Below are positions 35,073-36,436 of a DNA stretch of 36,436 nucleotides, piece after piece. Made by a program: the position numbers and the translations under genes. The notes beneath the pieces are model-generated. The model was not told where the DNA came from and made no database searches. It saw nothing but the letters and a program-made list of their open reading frames with translations. Within the stretch, counting starts at the first letter, position 1. Every line of letters starts with the position of its first letter. This DNA comes from Caecitellus pseudoparvulus (taxonomy: Eukaryota > Protista > Bigyra: Bicosoecida): contig CBFFRQ010000162.1 of the NCBI GenBank assembly GCA_965644315.1, forward strand, positions 1 to 36,436, read 5' to 3'.

Positions 35073-36436
35073 ATGGTGAGTGGGAGGCGTGATCACGTGA
35101 CCAATAAGGGTCAGCAGTTGGCGTGGCGGGCAAGCGCGAGTACTTGTGCTGGGGTTCAGTCAAGCAGTACAGGACTCTGGTACCGCATGCTGTTCCTGTT
35201 CCGCTGATTTGCAGCCCAACCAAAGACAACCAACAAGCCACGGGACCAAGAATGCTGGCAAGGGCTCGAAAAGCGGCTCGGGGGCAGTTGCTCTGACGGC
35301 GAGTCCAAGTAGCAAACCCACGCAGGGGCAGTGTACTGTTAGCCAGCAGACTGTGTCCAGATACAAGGACCTAGCAGAACAGGACCAGGCGTCTGCCCAA
35401 CTTAACTTGGGGTTTCTGTTCCACTTTGGCTTGGGCGTGCCCAAGGACGTAGTCGAAGCCGCTCGCCTGTACAAAGCTGCCGCGGACCAAGGTCACCGCA
35501 AAGCATTGACGCTGCTTGGAGACATGTACAGACTCGGCATTGGGCTGCAAAAAGACGCATCGAAAGCGCAACAGTGCTACAATCAGGCAGCTGCGCTTGG
35601 TGAAACTGCTGCAAAAGATCGCACCGCATGCATGGCTGGCAAAGTTAGCGTTGATGCAGCACCGGCTCCAGCTCAAGCTCCAGCTCCAGCTCCAGCACCA
35701 GCACCAGCACCAGCACCAGCTCCAGCACCGGCTCCAGCACCAGCTCCAGCTCCAGCACCAGCTCCAGCACCCACACCGGCACCGGCTCCAGCACCAGCTC
35801 CAGCACCCACACCGGCACCGGCTCCAAGACCGGGTGCGAGTGAGGTGGTGCGTGCATGCCGAGCGGAGGCTGAGAAAGGCGACGCGGATGCACAGCTCAA
35901 GCTGGGCATGATGTACCGGAGTGGGAAGGATGTGGCACAGGACTTCGTTGAAGCTGCCAAGTGGATCTTGGCTGCCGCGGAGCAGGGCCATGCCGGCGCC
36001 CAGAACCGGATGGCCACCATGCTCAAGGTGGGCCAAGGCGTGGCACGGGATGACGAGGCTGCCGTGCGGTGGTATCGACGTGCAGCAGAGCAGGGTTATG
36101 GAGGGGCCCAAGTGAACCTCGGCACCATGTACAGGGATGGGCGGGGCGTGCAGCGTGATGAGGGGGCTGCTGTGCGGTGGTACCGGCGGGCGGCGGAGCA
36201 GGGTCATGCTGGTGGGCAGGGCAGGCTGGGGGACATGTGCCGGGACGGGCGGGGCGTGGGCAAGGATGTGGGTGAGGCTGTGCGGTGGTATGAGGCGGCG
36301 GCAGCGCAGGGGCATGGTGGAGCGGCGCGGGCGCTGGAGGGTATCCGTGATCTGGACATCCCGGCTCCATCGCCAGCACCAGCACCAGCACCAGCACCAG
36401 CACCAGCCCCAGCTCCAGCTCCAGCACCAAGACCGG
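35073..36436 (+). CDS. SEL1-like repeat protein with (Pro-Ala)n linkers; runs off the right edge; absent from the ORF track
   Basis: ATG|GTGAGT at 35073-35081 and TTTGCAG| ending at 35214 give M|PNQRQPTSHG.... The frame is open to the window end: AQLNLGFLFHFGLGVPKDVVEAARLYKAAADQGH, ALTLLGDMYRLGIGLQKD, AQLKLGMMYRSGKDVAQDFVEAAKW, AQNRMATMLKVGQGVARD, AQVNLGTMYRDGRGVQRDEGAAVRWYRRAAEQGH, GQGRLGDMCRDGRGVGKD. Confidence 0.88.
35658..35826 (+). repeat. Hexanucleotide coding repeat (CCAGCW)n encoding about 55 aa of (Pro-Ala)n
   Basis: Direct reading: gcaccggctccagctcaagctccagctccagcaccagcacca...; ends in CCAAGACCG (PRP). Confidence 0.95.
36361..36436 (+). repeat. Second (Pro-Ala)n hexanucleotide repeat
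   Basis: ccggctccatcgccagcaccagcacca...gctccagcaccaagaccgg; same CCAAGACCGG ending as the first linker. Confidence 0.9.

Noticed and set aside
35371-36430. ORFs with poly-(WSWC), poly-(QLQH), poly-(LELV) and poly-(GA) tracts
   Set aside because: Alternative-frame translations of the (Pro-Ala)n hexamer repeat in the SEL1 gene.
30410-36436. Endogenous virus/virophage or transposon insertion explaining the ankyrin/SEL1 cluster
   Set aside because: No capsid, integrase, polymerase, terminal repeats or sustained AT-rich shift. Coding GC resembles the host genes, and the SEL1 gene has a spliceosomal intron.

Overview
GC-rich, gene-dense eukaryotic DNA with short GT-AG introns. It most likely comes from a flagellated protist (inference from the cilium-related genes); it is not prokaryotic. 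The left 14.6 kb is one giant minus-strand surface/secreted protein gene. It encodes a signal peptide, FG-GAP-like motifs, Pmp-like GGA(L/V)/FxxN beta-helix repeats, several degenerate two-Cys modules, and at least 20 near-identical 411-bp (137-aa) modules that run off the left edge. Six of those copies carry an identical +1 insertion that looks like a hybrid of two synonymous alleles. To the right lie an Inturned-like longin protein, an MGAT5/GT18-like glycosyltransferase, a hypothetical protein, a long coiled-coil protein, a CFAP97-domain protein with a C-terminal Cys/His finger, a membrane-anchored carboxypeptidase Q, two paralogous ankyrin-repeat genes with a shared C-terminal motif, and a SEL1-repeat protein with (Pro-Ala)n linkers that the ORF track missed. 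No rRNA, tRNA, CRISPR or transposase was recognised. All family calls come from motifs recognised by eye, not from database searches.
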